Shown here in pieces: positions 25,341 to 39,341 of a stretch of 64,000 nt of DNA. The notes beneath the pieces were generated by a model, which worked only from the letters and a program-made list of their open reading frames with translations, was not told where the DNA came from and did no database searches. This DNA comes from Lama guanicoe (Eukaryota). The stretch is from positions 815,793 to 879,792 of the forward strand of contig MU053493.1 in the NCBI GenBank assembly GCA_013239625.1. The letters run 5' to 3'. Within the stretch, counting starts at the first letter, position 1; the number at the start of each line of letters is the position of its first letter. Position numbers and translations under genes: made by a program.

Positions 25341-25810
25341 TTTTTTTAATTTTTAATTGATTTATAATCATTTTACAATGTTGTGTCAAATTCCATTGTA
25401 GAGCACAATTTTTCAGCCATACAGGAACATATATATATATTCATTGTCACATTTTTTTCTCTGTGAGCTACCATAAGGTCTTGTGAATATTTCCCTGTGC
25501 TATACAGTGTAATCTTGTTTATCTATTCTACAATTTTAAAAACCCAGTCTATCCTTTCCCACCCCCCACACCCTTGGCAACCACAAGTTTGTATTCTATG
25601 CCTGTGTGTCTATTTCTGTGTTGTATTAATGCTCTGTATGTTTTTTGTTTGTTTGTTTTTTTGTTTTCAGATTCCACATATGAGACATCTCAAATAGTAT
25701 TTTTCTTTCTCTTTCTGGCTTACTTCACTCAGAATGACATTCTCCAGGAGCATCCATGTTGCTGTAAATGGCATTATGTTGTTGGTTTTTATGGCTGAGT
25801 AGTATTCCAT

Positions 25811-25857
<47 letters not shown>

Positions 25858-28800
25858 CACTGCTTCTTTATCCAGTCATCCGTTGATGTTTATAGGTCTT
25901 AGGCTTTTACAGGTCTTGGCTATTGTAATAGTGCTGCAATAAACATTGGGGTGCAGGTGTCATACTGAAGTAGGGTACCTTCTGGATATATGCCCAGAAG
26001 TGGGAGTCCTGGTCATATGGTAAGTCTATTCCTAGTCTTTTAAGGAATCTCCACACTGTTTTCCACAGTGATTGCACCAAACTACATTCCCACCAGCAGT
26101 GTAGGAGGGTTCCCCTTTCTCCACAGCACCTCCAGGACTTGTCATTTGTGAATTTTTGAATGATGGCCATTCTGACTGGTGTGAGGTGATACTTCATTGT
26201 AGTTTTGATTTGTATTTCTCAGATAATTAGTGATATTGAGCATTTTTCCGTGTGTCTTCCTTGGAGAATTGCTTATTCAAGTCTTTTGCCCATTTTTGGA
26301 TTGAGTTGTTTAGTAATTTCTTATTAAGTCATATGAGCTGCTTAATATTCTGGAGATCAAGGCTTTGTCAGTTTTATTTGCAAAATTTTTCTCCCATTCC
26401 ATAGGTTGTCTTTTTGTTTTACTTATGGTTTCCTTTGCTGTGCAGATGGTTGTAAGTTTCATTAGGTCCCATTTGTTGATTCTTGCTTTTATTTCTATTG
26501 CTTGAGTAGACTGTTCTAGGAGAACATTTTTGAGATATATGTGAGATAATGTTTTGCCTATATTTTCCTCTATGAAGTTTATTGTACTTTGTCTTATGTT
26601 TAAGTCTTTGATCCACCTTGAGCTGATTTTTGTGTATGGTGTAAGGGAGTGTTCTAGCTTCACTGTTTTCCATGCTGCTGTCCAGATTTCCCAACACCAT
26701 TTGCTGAAGAGACTGTCTTTATTCCATTATATATTCTTGCCTCCTTTGTCAAAGATGAGTTGACCAAAAGTTTGTGAGTTCATTTCTAGGCTCTCTATTC
26801 TGTTCCATTGGTCTATATATCTGTTTTTGTACCAATACCATGCTGTCTTGATGACTGTAGCTCTATAGTATTGTCTGAAGTCAGGGAGTTATTCCTCCAG
26901 CGTCTTTCTTTCTATTCAGTAGTGCTTTGGCAATTCCAGGTCTTTGATGGCCCATTTAAAGTTTATTATGATTTGTTTTAGTTCTGTGAAATATGTCCTG
27001 GGTCATTTGATAGGGATTGCATTAAATCTGTAGATTGCCTTGGGCAGTGTGACCATTTTAACAATATTGATTCTTCCAATCCAAGAGCATGGGATGTCTT
27101 TCCATTTTTTAAAGACTTCTTTTATTTCCTTCATCAGTGTTTTATAGTTTTATGTATATAATTCTTTCACTTCCTTGTTTAGATTTATTCCCAGGTATTA
27201 TATTACTTTGGGTGTTATTTTAAAGGGGACTGTTTCTTTACTTTCTTTTTCTGTTGATTCATTGTGAGTGTAGAGACATGCAACTGATTTTTGAACGTTA
27301 ACCTTGTAACCTGCTACCTTGCTGAATTCTTCGATCAGCTCTAGAGTTTTTGTGTGGGCCTTTAAGAGTTTTCTGTATATAGTAACATGTCATCAGCATA
27401 TAGTGTCTCCTTTACCTCTTCTTTTCCAACTTGGATCCCTTTTATTTCTCTCTGTTGCCTGATTGCTGTGGCTAGGACTTCCAAGACTATGTTGAATAGG
27501 AGTGGTGACAGTGAGTATCCTTATCTTGTCCCAGATTTTAGTGGGAAGCTTTTGAGTTTTTCACCATTGAGTACTATGCTGTCTGTTGGTTTGTCATCTA
27601 TAGCTTTTATTATGTTGAGATATGTTCCGTCCATATGCACTTTGGTGAGAGGTTTTATCATAAAAGGGTGTTGAATTTTATCAAATGCTTTTTCTGCATC
27701 TATTGGGATGATCATGTGGTTTTTGTCCTTTCTCTTGTTGATGTGATGTATTACATTGGTTAATTTGCATACGTTGAACCAGCCTTGTGTCCCTGGGATG
27801 AACCCCACTTGGTCATGAATTATAATCTTTTTTATGTCTTGTTGGATTGTATTTGCTAGTATTTTGATGAGGAATTTGGCGTCTATGTTCATCAATGATA
27901 TTGGCCTATTATTGTCTTTTTTGGCAGTGTCTTTGTTTGGTTTTGGTATCAGGGTGATGGTGGCTTCATAGAATGAGTTTGGGAGTATTTCTTCCTTTTC
28001 AATCTTCTGGAAGAGTTTGAGAAATACTGGTATGATTTCTTCTTTGTATGTTTGGTAGAATTCCCCAGTGAAGCCGTCTGGTCCTGGACTTTTAGTTCTA
28101 GGGAGGTTTTGATTGCTATTTTGATTTCATTTCTAGTGGTTGGTTTGTTCAACTGGTCAGTTTCTTCTTGATTCAGTCTTGGTGAACAGTATGTTCCCAG
28201 ATACTTGTCCATCTCCTCTAGGTTATCCAGTTTGATTCCATATACTTTTTCATAATATTCTCATATGATATTCCTTGTTTCTTTTTTATTTTTTGTAATT
28301 TCTCCATTTTCTTTTCTTATTTTGCTAATTTGTTCTCTCTCTTTTTTCTTCTTTGTGGGTTTTGCCAGAGGTTTGTCGATTTTATTTACTTTTTCAAAAA
28401 TCCAGCTTTTGGCTTGATTGATTTTTTCTGTTTTTTAAATCTGTATTTTATTTTTTCCTCCCTCACCTTTATAATTTCCTTCCTTCGGCTGCCTTTTGGG
28501 TTTTTTGTTCTTGTTTTGTAGTTCATTCAGCTGGTTGGTTAAATTGTTTGTTCGAGATAGTTTTTCTTTTTTGAGGAAGGCCTGTATCACTATAAACTTC
28601 CCTCTTAGCACTGCCTTTGCTGTGTCCCATAAATTTTGTGTGGTTGTGCTTTCATTTTCAATGTCTCAAGGTATTTTTTTTTAATTTCAGCTTTGATTTC
28701 CACATTGACCCATGGGTTTTTTAATGAAATGTTGTTTAATCTCCATGCTTTCCTTTGCTTTTCTCCTTTGTTTCTCTGTTGTTGGTTTGTAGTTTTATGA

Positions 28801-31800
28801 CATTGTGGTCAGTAAAGATGCTTGAGAAAATTTCTATCTTCTTAAAATTGTTGAGGTTTCTTTTGTGCCCAAGTACATGATCAATCCTAGAAAATATTAT
28901 CTTTTGTGCTACATGATCAATCCTAGAAAATATTCCATGTGTACTTGAAAGGAATATATATCCTATTTTGGGGGGTGTAATGCTCTGAAAATATCCACCA
29001 AATCTAATGCTTCTATTGTATTATTTAATTTCTCTGTTACCTCATTTATTTTCTGTCAGAAAGATCTGTCTAGCGATGTTAATGTGGTTTTAAAATCTCC
29101 AACATTGACTGTATTCCCATCAATATCCCCCTTTATCTCTGTTAGTAATTGATTTATGTACCTAGGTGCTCCTACATTGGGTGCATATATATTAACGAGT
29201 GTAATAACCTTAACTTGTATCAGACCTTTAATTATTATAGAATGTACTTCGTTATCTTACTTTATGGCCCTTGTTTTAAAGTCTATTTTGTCTGAAACCA
29301 GTCCTGCAACCCCTGCTTCTTTGGCTTTTCCATTTGCATAGAATATCCTTTTCCATCCTTTCAGTCTCAATCCATATGTGTCCTTCTCCCTAAAGTGGAT
29401 CTCTTGTATGCAGCATACTGAAGATTCTTGCTTTATTATGCAGTCTGCCACACTATGTCTTTTGACTAGAGCATTTAGTCCATTAACATTTACAGAAATT
29501 AATGATAGATATGTGTTTATTGCCATTTTGAACTTACCTTTGCAGTTGATTTGGTATTTCCTCTCTGTTCCTTTCTCCTTCCTTTTGTGGTTTGGTAATT
29601 TTCCTTTGTATTATCATGGATTTTATTTAGTTTTTGTGACTCTCTTGTAAGTTTTTGGCTTGTGGTTACCCTTTTTTAAAGTCTATTAGCCTATTAGTAT
29701 AAGTGTTTTTATTAAACTGATAGTAACATTATCTCCAACCCATCCTACCAAGACCAAAAAATTTTAAAAAGAAAGAAAAAATATATTCTATATTTTCCTG
29801 CCTCACTCTCACAATGATTAAGATGTCTTCTTTTATAATTTTGTGTCTATTTTTAATTCATGAGTTATCACGTTTCCAGTTGTGAGTTTCTCATTTATGT
29901 TTCATCCTGCTGCTTTTCTATTTAGAGTAGATCTTTCAATATTTCTTTTAGCATGGGTTTAGTGTTGCTAAACTCTTTTAGTTTTTGCTTGTCTGTGGAA
30001 TTCCTTATGTCTCCTTCTATCCTAAAGGATAGCCTTGCTGGATTAAGTATTCTTGGCTGCATCTTTTTTTCATTTGGGACTGTGAATATATCTTGTCACT
30101 CCCTTCTGGCCTGTAGTGTTTGTGTAGAGAAATCAGCTGAGAGCCTTATGGGGGTTCCCTTGTAACTCACTCTTTGCTTTTCTCTTGCTGCCTTTAGGAT
30201 CATTTCTTTATCCTTGACTCTGGCCATCTTGATTATGATATGTCTTGGTGTGGGTCTATTTGGGTTCTTCCTGTTTGGGACCCTCTGAGCCTCCTGTCCT
30301 TGGATATCTGATTCCTTCTTTAAGTTTGAGAAGTTTTCAGTCATGATTTCTTCAAAAACCTTTTCAATTCCCTTTGATCTTTCTTCCCCTTCTGGGACCC
30401 CTATTATGTGAAGATTGGGACGCTTTATATTATCCCATAGGTCCCTTATGCTATTTTCATTTGTTTTTATTTGTTTATCTTGTAGTTATTCTGATTGGGT
30501 GCTTTCTGTTGTCCTGTCTTCTAGGTCACTTATTCATTACTCTACATTATTGATTCGGCTTTGCACAGCCTTTAGATTATTTCTCATCTCAGCCAGTGAG
30601 TTTACCAATTCTACTTGGCTCTTCTTTATAGCTTCAGTTTCATTTTTGACATATTTTATCTCTCTAAACACTGTCTCTTTTAGTTCCTTCAGTACTTTGA
30701 TCATTCCTTTTTTGAAATCTTGATCTAGTAGGCTATCAATGTCTATTTCACTGATCTTTCTTTCAGGGGATTTTTTTTTATTCTTTTAATTGTGAATGAT
30801 TTCTCTGCTTCTTCATCTTGCTCATACCTCTCTGGCATTGTGGTTTATGGAGTATCAGTTATCTACTGTGGTCCTTAAGGAATTTATCTACCTAATGCCT
30901 ATGTAGGAATAAGACTTAGGAAAACAAGAAAAAAAGAGAGAGATCGAATTTTAAAAGAAGGGAGAAAAAAGGTTTGAAAACAGTATACAATGGGTAATAG
31001 AAGAGCAAGTTGAAGCAGAATACCAATTGGATCGACACGTCCTTTTAAAACCTTTTACAAAAGAGGAAAAGATGAAAAGATGTATTTGAAACCTATGTAT
31101 AATCAATAACAGGACATCAAAATCCAAGAGAAATAAAAATGAATTAAGAAGTAAAAATTAAGAGGGTAATAGAAAATAGAACAGGTAAAAACAGATTTTA
31201 AATAAAGGGGGGGTGTTGGGGTCAGTGTTTTCCTGGAGACTGTGTGCTTTTAATGTGAAGTCTTTCTGTCTTCATCCCAATTTGGAAGCTCAGCTTGCTG
31301 TTTCCAGAGGCCCTCCATTGGCGCCCTCGTCTGTGCTGCTCCCAGTGCCTGTCGGCAAGCAGATCATGCCTCCTCCCAACACTGGGTCAGGTGAAGCCCT
31401 CCTTTGCTGTGGGCAGGGGGGGTACTGCCCCTCCCTATGAGGCAGTCAGATGTTGCAGACTGGCCAGGTAGGAGGGTGGGTCTCGCCCCCTCCCAGCACT
31501 GTGGTCAGGCATTGCATTCCTGCCTGAAAAGCGGGGGGCCGCCAGCCCTCTCCTGGTGCTGGTCACTCCACTGCTCTTTGCCACTGCATGCTCCACCTCA
31601 GGTTGATGCTCCGCAGGTCAGCTCGGGGAAGACCGAGGAACAGCCTTGTCCCTGCTCTGGGCCAGAACCCAGCTCCTTGTTTGTCTTGGTGGACCAGGTC
31701 CTCTGAGGGAACAGGTTGGTAGGATCCTATCTTCCTCAGGTTGTAGACAAATGTCCGTCTGGCCCTTGAGGCTGCTAAGCCCTTAGGTGCAGATGCAGAT

Positions 31801-32480
31801 TTCGCCCCCACACCGGCCTGGATGCTAAGTGCCGGAGGATATGGCAGCTGTGCCTGAGCCCCTCCTCTCTTCCCCTGAAAACTTTCTGTGGGTTTTCAGT
31901 GATGGGGTATGCACCCTTCCCCCAAGGGCATATCAACCGTGTTTTATGGAGGGCCAAGGTTGTTCTGCTCTGTGTAACCACAGCCACAGCACGCAGCCCC
32001 CTGCAGTCCCCTGGGGCTGCCTCAGTGCAGCTGCCCCCATCCTCCGCCCGGCTTGTGCAGCCTGGCCCTACCCCCAGCTGCCAGCCCATGTCTCGGGCTG
32101 GGTATCGCGGGGACCCTCTGTGCCCATTTAACTTAGTTCTGTCAGTCAAGGGCTGCTCTGTACAGATCCGAGCCTTGGAGGCTCCCCCTCCATCCTGCTG
32201 GCCTCTCAGTTGGAGAAGGGAGACCCAGCGAATGAGCGCCAGTCCTCCTTTGCCACTCCCTCCCCGTGGGACCAGTCCCGTTCTGCTTTGCCTTTTCTTC
32301 TTTCTTTTTTCCTTTTCTCTTACCAGATTTTTGGCATCTCTATCTTTTGAAGAGGGCGATGTTCTGTCGGAGTTCTGCAGGTGCTCTGGTTGGCTGAGTG
32401 GGTCTGTGGATGTGAGTCCTGGTGCATTTGTGGGAGAGGGTGAGCTACGAGCATCCTTCTACTTAGCCATCTTCTCTCTT
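25341..32480 (-). mobile_element. Full-length (~7.1 kb) young L1 'C', ORFs disrupted
   Basis: PolyT at 25341; ORF2 start MAINTYLS at 29526; ORF1 RPTPRHIIIKMA; GC-rich 5'UTR at ~31220-32480. Confidence 0.93.
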
Positions 32481-32484
32481 CCAC

Positions 32485-33690
32485 TTTAGGTTTAAATTGC
32501 TTTTCTTTCTCAAGTTCTGTTGTGGAAGCTTACTTTATTTTTCTTCATTGTTATTTCCTAATATAATCATATATTCACTGAATGTTACAAATTTCCTTAT
32601 AAGCACTGCTTTAGCTACATCTCACAATTTTAATGTATTGCATTTTTATTTTCACTTAATCTGAAACTTTTTTGAGAATTCATTGGCTTATAGGTTATTG
32701 AGAAATTTTCATTTTGTGCTGACATTACCTCTTTATCTTTTACATTGTCTACTTTTTTTTTCTGTTGAGTTCTTAACATTTTTATTATAATTACTTTAAA
32801 TGTCCTCTCTGGTACTCCCACATCTGTGTCATCATTGAGTCTGATTCTGGTGGTTGCTTTGTCTCTTCAATATCTGTTTTTCCTCTCCTTGCCTTTGACA
32901 TGTTTTCAACCAATCTTTGGTTGAAAACCAGTTACTTGTATTAGGCATTAGGAACTGAGGTAAATAGTCCTTAAGTGTGAGAATTGATGTTAACATGGCT
33001 AGATGTTGGGCTGTGTTTAATGATTGTTGTATCTATAAGCATCAGAGGTTTCATATACCTTAAGTGTCTTTGTTTTCTCTTCTTTTGGCTTTTATGACTT
33101 TTCCATATACTGTGTCTTTCAGCTTTTCAGCTGTAATTATTGTTTTTAAATGTGAGTCTTGTTGGTTCGATGACAGGGTGTGAGGAAAGACACATTCTAT
33201 AACCTCCTAATTAAGTGTCAGTCTTTCCATACAGCAGTATCTCACTGGGGCTGTCCCAAGTGTTTCCATCCCTCCCCAGGGGTGCGCTTCCCCCCTGCCC
33301 CCCTACTCTGTTCCCTGGTTCCAGAGTTCACAGTGTATTTCCGTGAAAACCTCTCTCCTGCTATGACTTTTTTCTTTCTTAGGTGAAATAGGAAGGCTTA
33401 CAGGGCTGAAGGGAGGAAGAACTCCTTTCTCCAAGCTTGGACTAGTTTTCAGAATGGAACTCTGCTGAAGCCCTTCCCCCTGGAGAGTAGGGCTTCTGGA
33501 GAAGGCTCTGGTTGTGTTTCTCAACGGGTTAGTCTTATCCTCTCTCTTTCAGAGCTGGGAGCTGACCTTTTCATAATTCTCACCAGGAGGACACAGCAGG
33601 GTTCCTGGAGGGAATCCCCCTGAAACACTGAGTGTCCAACACTTTGTTAAAATTGCCCTTTTAGTGTTCCTACCAGTATATGACTCAGGA
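32485..33690 (-). mobile_element. Old L1M fragments (ORF2, ORF1 and 5' region)
   Basis: Antisense L1 text (aagcactgctttagctacatctcacaatttt; TFKVIIIKML). Confidence 0.6.
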
Positions 33691-33694
33691 AAGT

Positions 33695-34050
33695 GTTGCA
33701 CTTATGATTATAGTTTTAAAATATAGGCCATGAATCAGGACCAGACAAAAGAAGAAGTACAAAGGACGAGGTCTGGGAGGGACTCAAAAGCAAAACTTCC
33801 ATTTCCTCAGGACATGTGATCTTCCTGGCACATCGATGTGTGTGACCAACCAAGATAACATACCTGAGCTCCAGGACTCTGAGTTTTTATCAGAGTGTAA
33901 TTGCGTGGCTGAATCTTTGGCCACATTACTGAGCTCAGCCTCCAGCTTCTTTATGTGGACTCCCAGCAGGTCAAGCCAATCGCGCACATCCAGCAAAGTC
34001 TCAGCCTTCTGATCCCATGGTTGGTCTTCCTGCCACAACCACAGGTGAGC
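33695..34050 (-). mobile_element. MER21-like LTR fragment
   Basis: gaatcaggaccag...gaggtctgggaggg...ttcctggcacatcgatgtg...accaacc resembles MER21. Confidence 0.65.
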
Positions 34051-35459
34051 TTCTAGCATTGTGTGGTGGCCTTGCTAGGAGCACTGGTTACTTTGCAATG
34101 CCCTTTTTTTGTCTGTATATCCATCTTTCTCACAATCCTGTGGCTTTTTCATCTTGGCATCCTTACTGCCTGACCCCACAGGTGTTGGCTAACCATTTCC
34201 TAGAATAAAATGTTATTAAATTCTGAATTGCTTATTCAAAACTATCTCTTTGTGGAAGTCATACCAGCATGGCTCTGCTTTGCTTGTAAGAGAAATATGA
34301 CTGTGCTGAAATGAAGTTTCTGAGGGGCAAGGCCTTTGTCATGCTCTGATCCTGTTCAGTGTTGACATCTGCTATTCTGAATCCTACTTATTGCATATGG
34401 GATTCATAAAGACCCGTGGATATATCCCATTTTTCTGGGGTAAACCGTCATTCTTTAAGGAAGGTCTTATCAGCTGCAGAATAACCATGAGGAATAATAC
34501 ATTTGCTGTCCTTCTTGAACCCAAATGAGAAAATCATCTCAACTCTGTGTCCTATTACTATGGAAATCTTTGCAAAGGCAGTAAGGACGTTATGATATGA
34601 ACAACAAGCAAGATAAATATCCAAATTAGTGGTTGTGACATCAAGCAGGAACATGACCTTTTTATTGAAACAGCAAATATAAATAAAGCTTGTCTAAAGT
34701 GTTCAACCCTTCTAAATTGGAAATCACATAGGGAATTATTTATTAGTAAACATAAATACATCTATTGACTTTTGAAGGGTTTGGTAGCCAGTTTTGCTTG
34801 TACAGAATTCTATGTATCTTGTCAATTGCTTAACCTTTCTTGGAATTAAATGCTCGGGTGTATTGGGACTATTATAGACTAGCATAATTTAGCACAGCAC
34901 TGCATAGTACATAATACAATAGAAAAATCTTTTTACATCAGAAAGTCAAAATATGTTCATTTTTATGTAAATACACATATATCAATTAATATGTCTAAAT
35001 AATGATATAAAAAGAACAAGCTAACTTATTTTTCCCATCTTTGTTATAAGGTTCCAGACAGTGTGATTTAGAGTTACTTTGCACAGGGCTCCCTCTGCGG
35101 CTATTTTGGGTGCAGTGGTTCCCAAAGTGGTTGGGTCTACACCTTATTTACTGTAGCATCATGCCCACAAGTGGACTCTCAGCTTTTGCCTTGACATTGG
35201 AGACGTTGATTCAGAACTGAAAACAGGGCATCCAATTTCCTGACCATGAGCTCCCAGAGGATGGGATTACTCCTGTCCTCATCCCTGGACTCCTTCCCAC
35301 TTCTCAATAACACAGAGACCAGTGACCACTTTGTAGCAGTCACTTGACAGAAAGCTGTTCAGTTAATCCAAATTTCCCATACACGTGAGGGGACTGGGGC
35401 CCATAATGATACAGTATTTTGTTCTTGATTACATAGCACCTGACCTCTCGTGAAGTGTC

Positions 35460-36500
35460 AAAGGAATTACATATAGCTGAATAGAGATGAAAGTACAACA
35501 TATCAAAGTATGTGGGATTCAGTTAAAGAATTGGTAAAGGGACATTTAGGGCACTAAATGCTTATACTAGAAAAGAGTAAAGATCTCAGATCATTCATGA
35601 ATCTTTCTTCCTCAAGAAATTTTTAAAAAGAAAAACAAAACACATCAGAAGAAATCTTAAGGAAAAATAAGATGAAAAAATCATTAAAATTTAAAACAAG
35701 AAAACAACAGAAAAATAAATAAAACAAAAAGGTGGCCCTTCAAAAAAATTTTTTTAATGATAAACCTCTTGCAAGACTGACAAAAATAAAAATAGAACGA
35801 CACAGCACCAAAATTAGAAATGGAATAAGGATGTTACCATAGACCCTAAAGCCATTAAAAGGGAAATAACTGAATACTGAGGAAATACTGTTAATGATTT
35901 AATGCTCATAAATTCAACAACTTCAAAACTACCAAAACTCAACCAAAATGAGACAGAAAATCTTAATAACCCTAAAGATTATATAGAAATTGAATTTATA
36001 ATTTAAAATCTCATAAGAAATCTCCAAGCCCAGATGTTTTCACTAATGAATTCTACCAAACATTTAAAGAAGCATTAACACCAATTTTCCGCTAACTCTT
36101 TCAGAAAATAGGAAAGGTGGGACAACTTCCTAAAACCCTTCATGTGACCTGTGTTACTCTAATAGCACAACCAGAGAAGGACAGGACAAAAACAGAAAAC
36201 TCAACATCCATATCCGTCATGAAACTAGACATAAAAATTCTTAACCAATTATTAGCAATCTGAATCCAGCAATGAGTAACATGAATTCTACCCTGTGACC
36301 ATGTGGGATCAGTTCCAGATATGCAAGACTGTTTCAACATCTGAAAATCAGTTAATATAATCCATTATACCATCAAGCTAAAAAAGAAAAATCATATGGT
36401 TGTTTGGATTGATGCAGAAAAAGCTTTTGACAAGATGTCACACTCATTCATGATAAAAAGTAAAGGGTAGAAGAGAATTATCTCAAGTTGATAAAAATCA
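35460..36500 (+). mobile_element. Old L1 ORF2 fragment
   Basis: ccagatgttttcactaatgaattctaccaaacattt...gatgcagaaaaagcttttgac (DAEKAFD). Confidence 0.8.
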
Positions 36501-38545
36501 TTAATCAGGAGACCTTTTCAAGTGGCTCTTCCATATCCCAGAAGTGCTGGGTGGTAAACACACACAGCTTTTATGCTATTTACTTAGAGCTTTTACAAGT
36601 GTAATCTAAACTGAGCTATATAATAACACTATAAATTAAGCTATTTGAGCCCCATATTATGAGAAACCAAGAGTGAATGTAGAAAACACCTTGCCCCATA
36701 GGGAATGAACAACAGCAGGGAAGCCAGTTCCTTGTTTCTGCATATTCACTGCTGTCTTGGCCCTATTCTTAACCAGAGTCTAATACCCAGTCTTAAAGTT
36801 AGTGTTAGCCTTCTTTCTTCTGTAGGAAAAAAAATGTATCATTTACGATACTGGCGAAAGTGCAGAGATTTCTTTTCCACTACCGCAACACACAATGCCA
36901 CCCGCTTGTGCTGTCGATGCTGTGAACACTAAAGTCAAGCCAGAGAGTTGCATATCCTCTACGTCACAACTACAGAGACATCTTTGTCCAGGTTTTTGAA
37001 CAATTCCAAGAGTCAAAGCTCCACATGTGCCATACTGAAGTTTTCCTCCTTGTAATTTCGACCTGTGGGTCCTTGTCCCAGCCTCTGGAGATGCCAGAAG
37101 AAACAGAATTGCCTTTCCCGTGATAGCTCTTCACACATTTCCAGACAGCATCCTAGGAGAAGTGGCTGGTACTGCAGGGGAAGCTGTAGGCAGAAGATTC
37201 TGGGAGAAGATTTTGGTGCACTGGGACATGGAGGTGAGAACCTGGAGGGTGTCTGGGTTCTGCTAGCAGCTGTCACATGACAGTCTTCCACCTGACAGAA
37301 AAAGAGACAGAGTCACATTTGGAGAAGGGTGGTGAAATCACAGAAATGACAGTCTAGGAAACCAATTTTTCGTAATATTTGGGAAAATATCTACACTGGA
37401 AGTAATATGAGCACTTTGTTTTGAAGAACCTTTTTTCTATGTCTCCTGTGGTCCTGCCCACAGCCATGTAACGTGAGCAAGGCAGAGGTGAGAATGAGAC
37501 CCCCACAACCAATGCTTCTTCCACACTTGCTTCAGCTCCCTAACTTAATTTCCTCTGGCCGCCCTGTCTGTGTCCCAGGCACAGACCAATTTAGGGCTGT
37601 CTACCTGGTGGACAGTTTATCATGTGGTAAAGATCACCATAGTGTTAAGGTTTCTTTCTCCTGCCTCCCCACCCCACCTGTCATTTCTAGATCACTCTCC
37701 TTCCTTTCTTCCCTTTCCTAGCACCTGTCCCATACCTGTTCCAGAGCTGCATGCCCCAGACCTCTTCGCCTAGAATTTATTTTCTTTTTCTCCTGTTGCC
37801 CTTTCTCCTTGTCCCTCCTTTCCTTTCCTCTTCCCCTCCTAGCTATCAATTCCTTTGATCAATTTCCCAATTCACTCAGCCACAGAATGATTGGTGGCTG
37901 CCACCAGAGGGCACTCCCTGACTGCCACTCCAGTCTGCAAAGCTTAATAACCCCAACCAAGTGTTCCTGAAACCTGTTTTTGTCTGGTCCAGAGGAGATT
38001 CTTGGAACTGTTGAAAGAACAAAAACACCAAAAAGGGTACAGATTTCCCAATAAGGATGGGGTTGCTGTGGTTTCACTCTATTGATCTATCTGTTTATTT
38101 TAACTCAAACAATACCATCTGTCAGAGAAATGACCTCAACTATGTAATTGTGTTTACTTCGATTGCTTTAAAGGATTGCTTATGCTTCAGGGCTAACTTG
38201 GACAGAGATGCCCCCACCTCCAACTTCCTCCCTTTGGTCAAGAAGGAGCTTAGCTCTAGTCATTGTGGAATCATGCTTGCTTTTTCTAACAGTGCATTCT
38301 CCTAAGACAACGTATTTGGTAATCAAGATACCCTCCCAATGGCATTCTTTTAAAATCACATAAGACTCTTAGTTTTCTCGTCACCAGAGGGACAGTAAAC
38401 TTATCAGCCATCCATCAAAGGCACAAGATTTGCCAAAAATGTGAGAACAGACTTATGAAAATCAAGTGGCATTTGGTTAGTTGGTGTTGAAAGACCTGTG
38501 GCTGAAAGAAGTGAGAAAGAACATTTCAAGTTCTATATGGATTTT

Positions 38546-38904
38546 TTTAACATTTTTTATTGATTTATAATCATTTTACAATGTTGTGTCAAATTCCAGT
38601 GTTCAGCACAATTTTTCAGTCATTCATGGACATATACACACTCATTGTCACATTTTTTTCTCTGTGATTTATCATAACATTTTGTATATATTTCCCTGTG
38701 CTATACAGTGTAATCTTGTTTATCTATTCTACAATTTTGAAATCCCGGTCTATCCCTTCCCACCCTCTACCCCCCTGGTAACCACAAGTCTGTATTCTCT
38801 GTCCATGAGTCTATTTCTGTCCTGTATTTATGCTTTGTTTTTGTTTGTTTGTTTGTTTTTGTTTTTTATTTTTTTTATTTTTATGTATTTATTTATTTTT
38901 TTAG
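38546..38904 (-). mobile_element. 5'-truncated young L1 3'UTR
   Basis: TSD atggatttt at 38537-38545 and 38905-38913; TTTT/GA site. Confidence 0.9.
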
Positions 38905-39213
38905 ATGGATTTTGAAAAGTCGAATTTAAAAATCTGCATCTCTGACTCGTGTGGGAGAGCCTCTTTCTTATTTTTCCATTTTGAATTTGGTTAGTTAGCT
39001 GTGAGGTTGATTGAGCGGATTTAGAAACTCTCACAGATTATTACTTTTTTGTTCCCATCCTTCCTGGATTGAATGAATGAATTGGAGGTTTGTAAATGCT
39101 GAAGGAAATTGCTTTAAAAAAAAAAAACTTTACACCCGTTTCAGCCAAATTGTGAGACTCAAAGGATGGCTCATTTCCTACTAGGGATCATCAATTATTA
39201 CATTTCAGAAGTT

Positions 39214-39341
39214 GGAGAGGGTACAGCTCCATGGCAGAGCGTCTGCTTAGCATGCACGAGGCCCTGGGTTCATCCCCAGGACCCCCGTTAAATCAATGAA
39301 TAAACTGAATTACCTCCCTCCTAAACAAATTAAAAAAAAAA
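39214..39341 (+). mobile_element. tRNA-Ala-derived SINE, Vic-1-like (camelid)
   Basis: ggagagggtacagctc...gcttagcatgcacgaggccctgggttca...ctgaattacctccc plus A-tail; A/B boxes degenerate. Confidence 0.85.

Noticed and set aside
22180..32489. GC-rich plus-strand ORFs antisense to L1 5'UTRs (e.g. 22930-23337, 31899-32489) as an ORF0 analogue
   Set aside because: Starts and stops are not conserved between copies B and C; GC content explains the open frames.
34380..34590. Exon-like unique segment
   Set aside because: No frame gave a recognisable protein or a consistent acceptor/donor pair.
39214..39290. tRNA-Ala gene
   Set aside because: Degenerate stems plus a non-tRNA tail and polyA indicate a SINE.
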